Part shown: positions 41,335 through 50,297 of the stretch, piece by piece
How positions within the stretch are numbered: the first letter of the stretch is position 1
Layout: each line of letters starts with the position of its first letter
Origin: Bacillota bacterium
GTDB taxonomy: Bacteria > Bacillota > Clostridia > Acetivibrionales > DSM-1351
DNA: 64,000 bases
NCBI GenBank assembly: GCA_023409265.1
Contig: JAEYHZ010000015.1
Coordinates: 30,837-94,836 of the forward strand
Direction: 5' to 3'
Translations under genes and position numbers: made by a program
Notes under the pieces: generated by a model
The model's input: the letters and a program-made list of their open reading frames with translations, nothing else
Told to the model about the DNA's origin: nothing
The model's database searches: none

Positions 41335-41964
41335 GTGAGAAAAATTAAATATCTAAAAAGAAAAAATCTTATATTTCACAGAGGCAGTTTTACAGTCGAG
41401 GCTTCAATTATTTTTTCACTTGTGTTTTTGATTACTGTTCTTCTGGTTTATGTCTTTATAATCATGTACCAGTACATAGTACTACAAGGCGTTACCAGTG
41501 AGACATCCAACCGGGGGGCATATTTTTATGTAAATCAGTCTGATTTAAGAAACAACAACCTCATAAAATCAGATTTATATTGGAGAATCTTTGATTCAAA
41601 AGCGCAGAGTAAAACGGATTCCATTAAATCATATGCGTCTGAAAGCCTGGAGCCAGCAATTATTACAACAACCAAGGAAGTCAATGTTAATACATCTTTT
41701 AGTTATTTGATAAAACATATAAAAGTTACTATTATTGAGCATTATCCAATTCCCATTGGAGGTATGCTAACTGTTTTTGGTATATCTCCCTCCCTTCAGC
41801 TTCAGGCGCAAACATCATCTCCGCTGGAGGATAATGCGGAATTCGTTAGGAATCTGGACATGATCATGGATATTAAGAATTGTCTTGTGAACAGCGATAA
41901 CAAATGGATTGGCAGCGGATCAAAAGTAAATGAAGTTCTTGATAAGCTAATAAACAGGCTCTAA
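41335..41964 (+). CDS. TadE-like pseudopilin
   Basis: RG/SFTVEASIIF prepilin motif with Glu at +5. Confidence 0.8.
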   Translation: MRKIKYLKRKNLIFHRGSFTVEASIIFSLVFLITVLLVYVFIIMYQYIVLQGVTSETSNRGAYFYVNQSDLRNNNLIKSDLYWRIFDSKAQSKTDSIKSYASESLEPAIITTTKEVNVNTSFSYLIKHIKVTIIEHYPIPIGGMLTVFGISPSLQLQAQTSSPLEDNAEFVRNLDMIMDIKNCLVNSDNKWIGSGSKVNEVLDKLINRL

Positions 41965-41981
41965 AGGATGGGTGTAATAAG

Positions 41982-44129
41982 TTGAAAATTTTCAGGTTAA
42001 TTAATTTTAGAGGTTCAATTACTGTATTCATAAGTATAGTTTTATCTTCAATTTTTCTGGTGGTAGGGGCTTTTACAGACGCAGCAAGAATAAGGCTGGC
42101 ACATTCCCAGGTACAGCGGGCCAATCAAGCTGCTTTGTCATCAGTTCTTGCCTGCTATAATAACCAGCTTAAGGACCAATACGGTTTATTCGGAGTATTT
42201 CAGGACCATGAATCGCTATATGACTGTTTTGAAGAGTACTTTACCCAAAATTTAAACCTTGGCAGCCAGGATATATTATATGGCTTTAATATTGAAAGTA
42301 TCGGACTTGAACAGCCCCTGAACCTTGAAAATACAGATATATTTGAAAACCAGATCATGGAGTTTATGAAATATCGGGCACCGTATGAGATAGCTACCGA
42401 TCTGCTTTCAAAGATAGAAGGTATTAAGAATATATCAAGCGGTTCAAAGCTCTATAAAAGAAAAATGGAAACTGATAAAAAAGCAGGCAGTATTGGGGAA
42501 AAGCAAATGCAACTTGAGGACAAGACCCAGAAGATAAATAACAGTAGAATTTCTTCAGAAATACAGGCTTTAAAGAATAAATTTATTGACCAAAGTTCTA
42601 TTCAAAAGGATATTAAAGAAAAATTAAGCAGCCTGAATAAATTACTTTCAAGCGAAAAGGAAATTACAGCAAGAGAAAGCTTGATAAGTGAATTAAAAGC
42701 TTTAACAGCCGAACTTGATTCTGTAAATAAAGAAAAAAAGGATATTAAAGCTGCAATAATGGATAGTTTAAACATGTATAAAAGTTTGAATTCCGATGCT
42801 AAAGCATACGCACAAAGAATAACGGAACAAAAAGATGAACTTCTAAACAGGATTGAGGAAGAAATAAAATTTGTACAAGACAGCCAGGATGGGTTGGAAG
42901 AACTTACAAAGGCTTATAATGATAGCCTTTCACACATGAAGTCTGCCATAAAAGAAGATAATTCGGGTTTTATAATTGGTACGCTGGAGAGAAACCTTAG
43001 CAGCTGTCAAAATATCATTAATAAGGAAAAAGGCAGCGAAGATGACTTCATATCGGCGCTGGGCAGCTTATCGGATTCAGATACCATAAACTATGTTTTT
43101 AATAAGTCGGGACCTTCACATTCTGAGGATGAGGACAACCGGGATAAAGTAATACAAACGCTTAAAAAGACTTTCAGCCAAAAAGGCGAGATGAAAACTA
43201 TCGAAAGTATGGTATTTAGGCAACTGCCCTCCCAAAAAAGAAGTCTTCCCGAGGAAAATTCCACCTGGGATATCATGGATTTTAACTCCATTAACGGTGC
43301 TGAGGAGCAATTGGATTATCTCGCCGAAAAGGAAAACAGCCTGACTCAGATAGCTTCCAATATAATGGATGAGTTATTCATAAATGAATATATTATGGGT
43401 ATATTCAGACACGATGTTCCATTATTAAAGGATGAAGAGGACAGCAAAGCCTATAACCTGAGGTCGGAGGATAAATCTAAAAGAGATGGTCTTTTTTCAA
43501 ATTATGAAGTTGAGTATGTTATAAATGGAAACAAGGATGAAGCAATTAACTACATGCTTATAAAATCAGAAATTATGGCTATAAGGCTTATATCAAACGT
43601 AATACACATTTATACTGATGCCTCCAAAATGAGCAGAGTAACAAGCCTGGCAGCTGCTCTGAGCAGTTGGAATGCAGGCTTGTCAACACCACTGATTCAG
43701 ACAATGCTGGTATTTTCATGGGCTATGTTTGAATCGGTGTATGATCTTGAACAGTTAGGTCTTGGTGAAAAAATAGCATTGTTTAAAACAAAAAACCAAT
43801 GGAAAACAGATATCTCCGGTGCTGTCAGCAAGCAAAAAGTAGCTGATACTGAAAAAAATCCTTTTTTACTGAGTTATCATGACTATCTGAGAATCTTCCT
43901 TCTTTTAACCGATAAAGACAAAAAAATCGCCAGAGTTCAGGATCTTGTACAGTTGAATGTAGGGCTTTCAAGCTCGGGATTTGTACTTGACAATACTTAT
44001 GTCTTTCTTAAAGCTGATACAGCTGTTTCAATTAAAAATCTTTTTGTATCATTTCCTTCTTTTACAACCTCATCAAGGTTAAATATTTCAAGAAGTTATA
44101 TTGATGAAAGTATGTATTTAGGATATTAA
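41982..44129 (+). CDS. Large pilin-like protein (TadG/DUF5702-like) with a long coiled coil
   Basis: RG/SITVFISIVL leader, QIMEFMKYRAP, YEVEYVING..D..N, LSYHDYLRIFL, RVQDLVQLN. Confidence 0.75.
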   Translation: MKIFRLINFRGSITVFISIVLSSIFLVVGAFTDAARIRLAHSQVQRANQAALSSVLACYNNQLKDQYGLFGVFQDHESLYDCFEEYFTQNLNLGSQDILYGFNIESIGLEQPLNLENTDIFENQIMEFMKYRAPYEIATDLLSKIEGIKNISSGSKLYKRKMETDKKAGSIGEKQMQLEDKTQKINNSRISSEIQALKNKFIDQSSIQKDIKEKLSSLNKLLSSEKEITARESLISELKALTAELDSVNKEKKDIKAAIMDSLNMYKSLNSDAKAYAQRITEQKDELLNRIEEEIKFVQDSQDGLEELTKAYNDSLSHMKSAIKEDNSGFIIGTLERNLSSCQNIINKEKGSEDDFISALGSLSDSDTINYVFNKSGPSHSEDEDNRDKVIQTLKKTFSQKGEMKTIESMVFRQLPSQKRSLPEENSTWDIMDFNSINGAEEQLDYLAEKENSLTQIASNIMDELFINEYIMGIFRHDVPLLKDEEDSKAYNLRSEDKSKRDGLFSNYEVEYVINGNKDEAINYMLIKSEIMAIRLISNVIHIYTDASKMSRVTSLAAALSSWNAGLSTPLIQTMLVFSWAMFESVYDLEQLGLGEKIALFKTKNQWKTDISGAVSKQKVADTEKNPFLLSYHDYLRIFLLLTDKDKKIARVQDLVQLNVGLSSSGFVLDNTYVFLKADTAVSIKNLFVSFPSFTTSSRLNISRSYIDESMYLGY

Positions 44130-44151
44130 ATTCCTAGGTTAGGGGGCTGCT

Positions 44152-45231
44152 GTGAAGACCAGAATATTTATGAGAGGATCAATTACAGTTGAAGCTGCTG
44201 TTATGCTGCCGTTTTTTATAATTGTTATCATGGCGTTTGTATTTATAATGAAGGTCTATTACACTTATGAAATAATGCAGAATGCAATAACAGGAGCATC
44301 AAAGGAGATGAGTGTATACGGGCTGTTATATTACAAGACCGGTGCCGAGGAAATTATAAGCGGAATTGAAAAAGTTAGCAGTTCTGATACAGCAAGCGAT
44401 ACTCTTGGAGATAACTGGTTAACCTCAAGTATACAAAAGGCTGGGAAAGATGCAACCGACTATGTCAGAGCCCAGCTAGCATTTATTCCTGTGGCAAAGC
44501 TGTTGGTTAGTAAAAATCTTGAGGAAAGCTTTGATTTGGAAGTCGATGAAGGTCTCAGACAGTTGAATATAGCAAATGGTTTTCAAGGTATTGCATTCTC
44601 TGAGAGTAAAATGCTTGCTGATGGTAAGAGTATCAATATTTCAGTATGCTATGAACTAAAGTTTCCTTTCTTAACTGACATACTACCGGGAGTAAAAGTT
44701 AAACAGAGTGCTTCATGCTGCATCTGGGCAGGTGAGGATGGGGTGGCTGCTGAAGCTCCCGGGGATGAGAATGCTACAGGTATATGGGATATGACTAATA
44801 TAAAGCGCGGCCGGGAGATAAGAAAGCTTCAAGGGGCAAATTTACCATTTAATTTTCCCACCGTTGCAAAGTTTGAAAATGGAACGGTTTCCAGCATAAA
44901 AAGCATGAATATTGATGAAGAGTATTATCAATATTCAGAAAATATAAAGCTTAAAATAATAGGTTACATAAATAAACTCGAAGAGTTTAATGGGGATACA
45001 TGTGGGACAGTTTCAATCAGTAGTTCTGATATTTACAAAAAGGAACTTTTGTTAATTATACCCGAAACAGAATTGAACATGAGCCAGCAAAATGCAATAA
45101 ACGAGTGTATATTTCTGGCAGGCCGTAAAGGAATAGATTTAAATATTGTTAAGGCTTACGGGAAACCGGGCGCAGGTGGCACTGCTTCAGGACCGGATGG
45201 GAATACCGAAGCAGAAGGAGAGGAAAAATGA
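44152..45231 (+). CDS. TadE-like pseudopilin fused to a CdiA-CT EC869-like nuclease-fold domain
   Basis: RG/SITVEAAVMLP leader; C-terminal W..RG..I...G.NLP.NFPTV.KF..G...SIKS and S..I..KEL.LIIP...Q...I.......G..L.I. Confidence 0.75.
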   Translation: MKTRIFMRGSITVEAAVMLPFFIIVIMAFVFIMKVYYTYEIMQNAITGASKEMSVYGLLYYKTGAEEIISGIEKVSSSDTASDTLGDNWLTSSIQKAGKDATDYVRAQLAFIPVAKLLVSKNLEESFDLEVDEGLRQLNIANGFQGIAFSESKMLADGKSINISVCYELKFPFLTDILPGVKVKQSASCCIWAGEDGVAAEAPGDENATGIWDMTNIKRGREIRKLQGANLPFNFPTVAKFENGTVSSIKSMNIDEEYYQYSENIKLKIIGYINKLEEFNGDTCGTVSISSSDIYKKELLLIIPETELNMSQQNAINECIFLAGRKGIDLNIVKAYGKPGAGGTASGPDGNTEAEGEEK

Positions 45232-45830
45232 ATTGTGTGGACAAAATATTAATTAGACTCAATAACAAACCTATAAATAATCTGGTGGATAAAATCATAA
45301 ATAAAGGGAGTGAAAAGCCAAATGCCATTTCGATTATTTTTTGCTCCGTAATAGCCCTATACTCAACAACACATTTCCTGTTTAACTTAAAGGGTGGAAC
45401 AGATTCCATTTATATTCACTTTCTAATTCTCATTCAATTTGTTGCTGCCATAAGTGACATCAATGATAAAATGATACCGCTGCAGTTAACGCTTGGGGCA
45501 ATGTCTTCGGGAATTTTAATTATGTTGTATTTTGAAAGTTTGGATGTTTTAAAGGAACATATAATCAGCGCAGGACTTGCTTTCATAATTTTGCTTATAT
45601 TGCTGCTTATTTCAAAAGGTCAGATTGGGGGAGGAGATCTGATGTTATTTATGGTAACAGGCTTTTTCACAGGTATTCCCTCAATGTTGAGCATACTGTT
45701 TCTTTCTGTTGTAATCTCGGGCCTTTTCTCCATTGTACTTGTAGTTTTTAAGAAGCGCAGGAAAAGTACCGAAATACCCTTTGCTCCTTTTGTACTATTT
45801 GCTACCTCTATTTCGGCCATATATTTATAA
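45228..45830 (+). CDS. A24-family prepilin peptidase-like protein
   Basis: SDINDKMIP, IGGGDLML, EIPFAPF; multi-TM. Confidence 0.75.
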   Translation: MNCVDKILIRLNNKPINNLVDKIINKGSEKPNAISIIFCSVIALYSTTHFLFNLKGGTDSIYIHFLILIQFVAAISDINDKMIPLQLTLGAMSSGILIMLYFESLDVLKEHIISAGLAFIILLILLLISKGQIGGGDLMLFMVTGFFTGIPSMLSILFLSVVISGLFSIVLVVFKKRRKSTEIPFAPFVLFATSISAIYL

Positions 45831-45886
45831 ATAAAATAATATTATTTCATTCAGTTAAAAATGACGAGTAGTTTAATTATTACGAG

Positions 45887-47521
45887 GTGAAATTTTATAT
45901 GGATAAAGATTTTGAAATTGAAAATGATTTTCAAAATGGATTTGATGTACTTTATGAAAATAATTCAACATCCAATTATTTGATACTTAGGGTAAGAGAT
46001 AACAGCAGGGTAATGAATTATCAGGTTCAGATGCTATTGCACAACACGATAAACGGACTTCTTGAATTCAATATAAATTATATAGGAGAACAAATAAATT
46101 GTTTTTATGATGTTACCTCGAAATGTAATTTGGTTAGTTTTATGTCTAGAAAACGGTTTCTAAGGAATGAGTTTTTAATTTTGCTCCTTAACATAATCAA
46201 TAATATCAGTTATATAAAAAACTATTTATTATATGATTATAATATCCTGCTTGATGAAAAATTTATTTATGTTGAACCTGAAAAATCTGAAATTTTCTTT
46301 GTATATCTGCCTTTTACAAGAGATAAAAACGACTATAAAAGTTTTCTTTTGAAGCTTATTGTTGAGATGGTCAATTTCCATGATGAGGACAGCGACAACT
46401 ACATTCAGAGATTACTCGAGGTCATAAAAAGTGAATTTTTCAGCTTAAGTGCTGTTAAGGCTCTAATTGAAAACCTTCTTGGTAATGATATTAAGGGAAA
46501 GCCCCAAAGTGTGGTTAAAACAGCAGAAGAAAAGCAGGAACCGACAGTTGAGAAAAAGATTGTAAAAAGTATTCCTGCAAAGAGTAGTGTAAAAATTCCC
46601 CAGCATAATAATCCTAACCTGCAGGAGGCAGAGAAAAAAGCTGATAAGCTTAAGCCTGATGTAATATCACTCTTAAATGAAAATTCTCTTCAGCCGGTAA
46701 AGAATACTCAGCCATCTAAATTTAAGGGACATCTTTCATCAATAGTCTTTTTATTAATGCAGCCTGCTTTTGCGGGACTTTTTATATTTACAATTTTAAG
46801 TAAGTTTGCGAAAGAGAGTGAAAATCGAAGCTTAACAACTATTATACTTTTACTGATATTTATTTGTGCCGATATATTTGTCTACAGATTACTAAATGAG
46901 AAATATAAGGAAACAGAAGGAGATAATGTTTCTGGTGCATTGGAATTTATCTCCAATAAAATGAAAAGCAGCGAATGTACCGGAAAGTCAAGTAAATCAG
47001 CAATAGTTCCTCCTAAAACAAAAGCAAATAAAATGGATGGCTTATCCGGCCCGGTTAAAGCTTCTTTTGATAATAACCCGTCTTTTGGGGTTAAAGCTTT
47101 TAAACCAGACTATACTTCTACTGCAGTTGATCATAAACATTCACATAGTGCTGTATCCAGATTTCACGGTGAAACAGAAATAATTGTCAGACCAAAAATC
47201 AAAGCTGCTGCATTTTTTAAGGCAATAGAGGGAGAAGCTGTAATTGAGCTTGATAAAAAAAGTGTTCTCATAGGAAGAATGGAAGGATTGGTTGATACAG
47301 TACTGATTAGCAGTGCCGTGGGTAAAATACATGCAGAGGTTTTAAAGGAAGAAAGCGGGTACTACCTTATTGACTGCAACTCCAGGAACGGAACTTTTAT
47401 TAACGATAAAAGGCTAGTCCCAAACACTAAGAATAGAATTTCAGATAAGGATGTTATTCGGTTTGCAAATAAGGAATTTAAATTTATCAATACAGCTGAA
47501 CCTGGAGTGGAGATTACATGA
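45887..47521 (+). CDS. DUF6382-like N-terminal domain, two TM helices, C-terminal FHA domain
   Basis: YQVQML..N.I.GLL, YDVTSK, FVYLP; FHA motifs IGR, VGKIHA, DCNSRNGTFIN. Confidence 0.8.
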   Translation: MKFYMDKDFEIENDFQNGFDVLYENNSTSNYLILRVRDNSRVMNYQVQMLLHNTINGLLEFNINYIGEQINCFYDVTSKCNLVSFMSRKRFLRNEFLILLLNIINNISYIKNYLLYDYNILLDEKFIYVEPEKSEIFFVYLPFTRDKNDYKSFLLKLIVEMVNFHDEDSDNYIQRLLEVIKSEFFSLSAVKALIENLLGNDIKGKPQSVVKTAEEKQEPTVEKKIVKSIPAKSSVKIPQHNNPNLQEAEKKADKLKPDVISLLNENSLQPVKNTQPSKFKGHLSSIVFLLMQPAFAGLFIFTILSKFAKESENRSLTTIILLLIFICADIFVYRLLNEKYKETEGDNVSGALEFISNKMKSSECTGKSSKSAIVPPKTKANKMDGLSGPVKASFDNNPSFGVKAFKPDYTSTAVDHKHSHSAVSRFHGETEIIVRPKIKAAAFFKAIEGEAVIELDKKSVLIGRMEGLVDTVLISSAVGKIHAEVLKEESGYYLIDCNSRNGTFINDKRLVPNTKNRISDKDVIRFANKEFKFINTAEPGVEIT

Positions 47522-48027
47522 TGATTTACATAATCCTTTTTGCTTTGCTTTTGCTCTCAATAAGCAGTGATTTAAAAACTTCAAAAATAAAAAATTTATA
47601 TGTGCTGTTTGCAGCCATAGCCGGAATGGGAATCAACACTTATTTCCAAGGAATAGAGGGTATAAAAATGAGTGTTTACGGAATTATTATACCTGTGGTT
47701 TTTCTGGGAATATTTTTTTATACCGGGCTCTTAGGTGCCGGGGATATAAAGCTTTTTAGCGCCATAGGTTCATTGGTGGGCTGGGAGTGCGGTTTGTACA
47801 TAATGGTATACACTTTTTTAACAGCCGGTATTTTCTCACTGATAAAACTAATTAGAACTGCCGATTTAAGGAAAAGCTTTTTGTTATTGGGCCGTGATTT
47901 AAAGCTGGGCTTTTATTCAGGGAACTTTGACGAGTTACAAGCTGGAGGGGCAAAACATATAATAAAACTCTCACCTTTTATTGCAGCTGGGGCAGGTATC
48001 CAGCTGCTTGTAAACTGTTTGGCTTAA
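47518..48027 (+). CDS. A24-family prepilin peptidase (TadV/CpaA-like)
   Basis: SDLKTSKIKN and LGAGDIKLF, with both catalytic Asp present. Confidence 0.85.
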   Translation: MMIYIILFALLLLSISSDLKTSKIKNLYVLFAAIAGMGINTYFQGIEGIKMSVYGIIIPVVFLGIFFYTGLLGAGDIKLFSAIGSLVGWECGLYIMVYTFLTAGIFSLIKLIRTADLRKSFLLLGRDLKLGFYSGNFDELQAGGAKHIIKLSPFIAAGAGIQLLVNCLA

Positions 48028-48079
48028 TCATATTTTAGAAAAGCAATCCCTGATTAACCAAAAGCATAGAATAAAAATC

Positions 48080-48955
48080 CTATTGCTTTTGGTGTCCTAC
48101 ATTTTCGGCGTCTTTACAAAGTTTTATTATGTCCTCAAACTTTTCAGCCGCATCCTCATAACCTTTTTTGTAAAGCTTACGCAGGTTTTCAGGATTTCGC
48201 TCAAATCTGGATACTTCAACAGGTTTTTCTGGCCTGATTATTACGGCTTTATTATCCTTTTCGAGCTGTTCAGCCAATCTAACGCTGGCATTATAATTTA
48301 GATGCCGGTCTCTGATGGTATTAACCAGGTTTGGATATTTTTTCAGTGCAAGCCTGCAAACAGGATAAAAACGGTTTCTCTTTTTTACGTAGCCATTATG
48401 TTGAGTGAGAATAACTATATGTTTATCAAAGCCGCTTTTCACTGAATAGTGTATAGGTATGGAGTCGGACGGACCTCCGTCTACCAGGTGTCTTCCATTT
48501 ACCTCAACTATTGGGGATACAAGGGGAATTGAACTGGATGCTCTGACATATACCCCGTCGGTAAGCATATCTTTTATGGGGGTATACACTGCCTTACCGG
48601 TTTCACAATCTGTCGAAACAGCAGTAAGCCTGCTCTCTGAGTTTTTAAAACTATTATAATCAAAAGGGAGCAGCTTATTGGGAATATCGTCAAATAAAAA
48701 ATCCATATTAAAAATAGAGCCCCTGGTGAAAAGACCAAAAAGACTTACGTAACGTTTATCGGCACAATACCCAGCATTAATGTCAAGGTTTCTCCCGCGT
48801 TGACCGGATATATAAGAAACAGAATTGCAGGCTCCTGCCGATACTCCAATGATATCCCTGAAAATAAGTCCCTTGTCCAGAAAATAATCTAATACTCCCG
48901 AGGTATAAAGGCCTCTCATGCCTCCTCCTTCAAGTACCAAACTTACTCTAGCCAT
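48080..48955 (-). CDS. Patatin-like phospholipase (YjjU-like)
   Basis: EGGGMRG, GVSAG, DGG motifs. Confidence 0.9.
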   Translation of the reverse strand: MARVSLVLEGGGMRGLYTSGVLDYFLDKGLIFRDIIGVSAGACNSVSYISGQRGRNLDINAGYCADKRYVSLFGLFTRGSIFNMDFLFDDIPNKLLPFDYNSFKNSESRLTAVSTDCETGKAVYTPIKDMLTDGVYVRASSSIPLVSPIVEVNGRHLVDGGPSDSIPIHYSVKSGFDKHIVILTQHNGYVKKRNRFYPVCRLALKKYPNLVNTIRDRHLNYNASVRLAEQLEKDNKAVIIRPEKPVEVSRFERNPENLRKLYKKGYEDAAEKFEDIIKLCKDAENVGHQKQ

Positions 48956-49283
48956 TTCATTACTCCTTTTACTATTTGGTATTAAAATCCAAGATATACC
49001 AATTACTATTTTCTACTGAATTATACCTCTATTTTTATATATATTCAACAATGCTTTCTTATGGGATTTAAGAGATAATTATAGTAATGTTATCTTGAAA
49101 ACATAAAGGTTTGGCCAGCTGTTGAAAATGTTAATTGATTGTAACATTTTCCGCAAAATTAACTTTTATAATATTTCGGGGTATATAATTGATACCAAGG
49201 CATGATTAAATACTTTAAACTCCGTCGATTTAATTATACCTGAGTAAATTTTGCAGCTTGGTTTGTACCCGGGAGGTTGTTAA

Positions 49284-50018
49284 ATGCCTACAATTGTTGA
49301 ATATTCTTATGGAAAACTGTTTAAATATACTATGAAAGCTATTAATCCGGTTAAAAAGGTAATTATGACTACCGAATGCGCTGTGCATAGGCTAATTAAT
49401 ATACAGGCTTTAGTAATATTGAAAAATGATAATAAAATACATGAGTTTAATTTATTTTCACACTATTTAACAGAGCTTAACCTTGGTGTTGTTTGGGCTG
49501 ATCAGGATTTCAAGAGCTCCGGTCATTTTTATAATCCCTCCAAGGATAGAGGACTATACGGAAATACAAATGCCCTTACTCTGGCAAATAATTATTATAC
49601 CTTTGCATTAAGTAATTATGAGTCAGGAGATATTAAAAAAGCAATGTTTTTTCTTGGTGCAGCAGCGCACCTGGTTCAGGATATGACTGTGCCACAGCAT
49701 GCTAATATCAAGCTTTTGAAGGAACACCACAAGTTTGAGAAATTTGTCAGGGATACATTTTATGAAACACCTGATTATCTTGTATATGATGAAGGCTGTT
49801 ACCTAGAGAGTATTGCTCAGTTTATCAGGCTTAATGCCATAAGTGCCATAAAGGCAAGCAACAGGCACAGTGTCATATTTAATGACGAAAAAAGATATTA
49901 TGAAATCACCAGACAGGTGCTTCCTTTAGCTCAAAGAAGTACTGCCGGTTTATTTTCAATGTTTTACAGGGATATACAGGCCAGTGAGCAGAGAAACGCT
50001 AAAGAACTATTTGTCTAG
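49284..50018 (+). CDS. Zinc-dependent phospholipase C family protein (no signal peptide seen)
   Basis: VH..IN, GVVWADQD, HFYNP, LGAAAHLVQDMTVPQH, HHKFE. Confidence 0.85.
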   Translation: MPTIVEYSYGKLFKYTMKAINPVKKVIMTTECAVHRLINIQALVILKNDNKIHEFNLFSHYLTELNLGVVWADQDFKSSGHFYNPSKDRGLYGNTNALTLANNYYTFALSNYESGDIKKAMFFLGAAAHLVQDMTVPQHANIKLLKEHHKFEKFVRDTFYETPDYLVYDEGCYLESIAQFIRLNAISAIKASNRHSVIFNDEKRYYEITRQVLPLAQRSTAGLFSMFYRDIQASEQRNAKELFV

Positions 50019-50261
50019 TGTATTTATAGCACTAAAACAGTACCTTCAGTAAATGATATAAAATACTTAAAACAGTACCTCCGGTAGATTGCTTATCTCA
50101 TTAACCTGGAGAGTACTTTTTTTGTACTTTTTTCTTTGGCTTTTTTGTACTTTTTCTTTTACAATTTTTCTTTGCACTTTTACATACAATTTTTAATAAT
50201 TATTCTTATAATTTTTCTTAAAGATATTGTTATTCAAAATTTCTCATGATAGTATTATTTA

Positions 50262-50287
50262 TGAAACGAAGTATCATAATGTGGAAC
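50262..50287. promoter_or_regulatory. Putative autoregulatory IclR/KdgR-type operator
   Basis: TGAAAC-gaa-GTATCA-taatg-TGGAAC, same layout as 51072-51097. Confidence 0.65.
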
Positions 50288-50297
50288 GAGGTGTGCG

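Noticed and set aside
41950..41967. aaacaggctctaaag resembling the right end of the 33692-33850 element
   Set aside because: The match is short, lies in coding sequence and has no partner inverted repeat.
48080..50018. Patatin and phospholipase C as Tad-delivered effectors
   Set aside because: They are separate transcription units (patatin is convergent with the tad genes), both are common housekeeping-type families, and neither shows an export signal or immunity gene.
50033..50185. Short direct repeats (taaaacagtacct x2, ttttttgtacttttt x2)
   Set aside because: Low-complexity local duplications around a probable terminator; no further structure.
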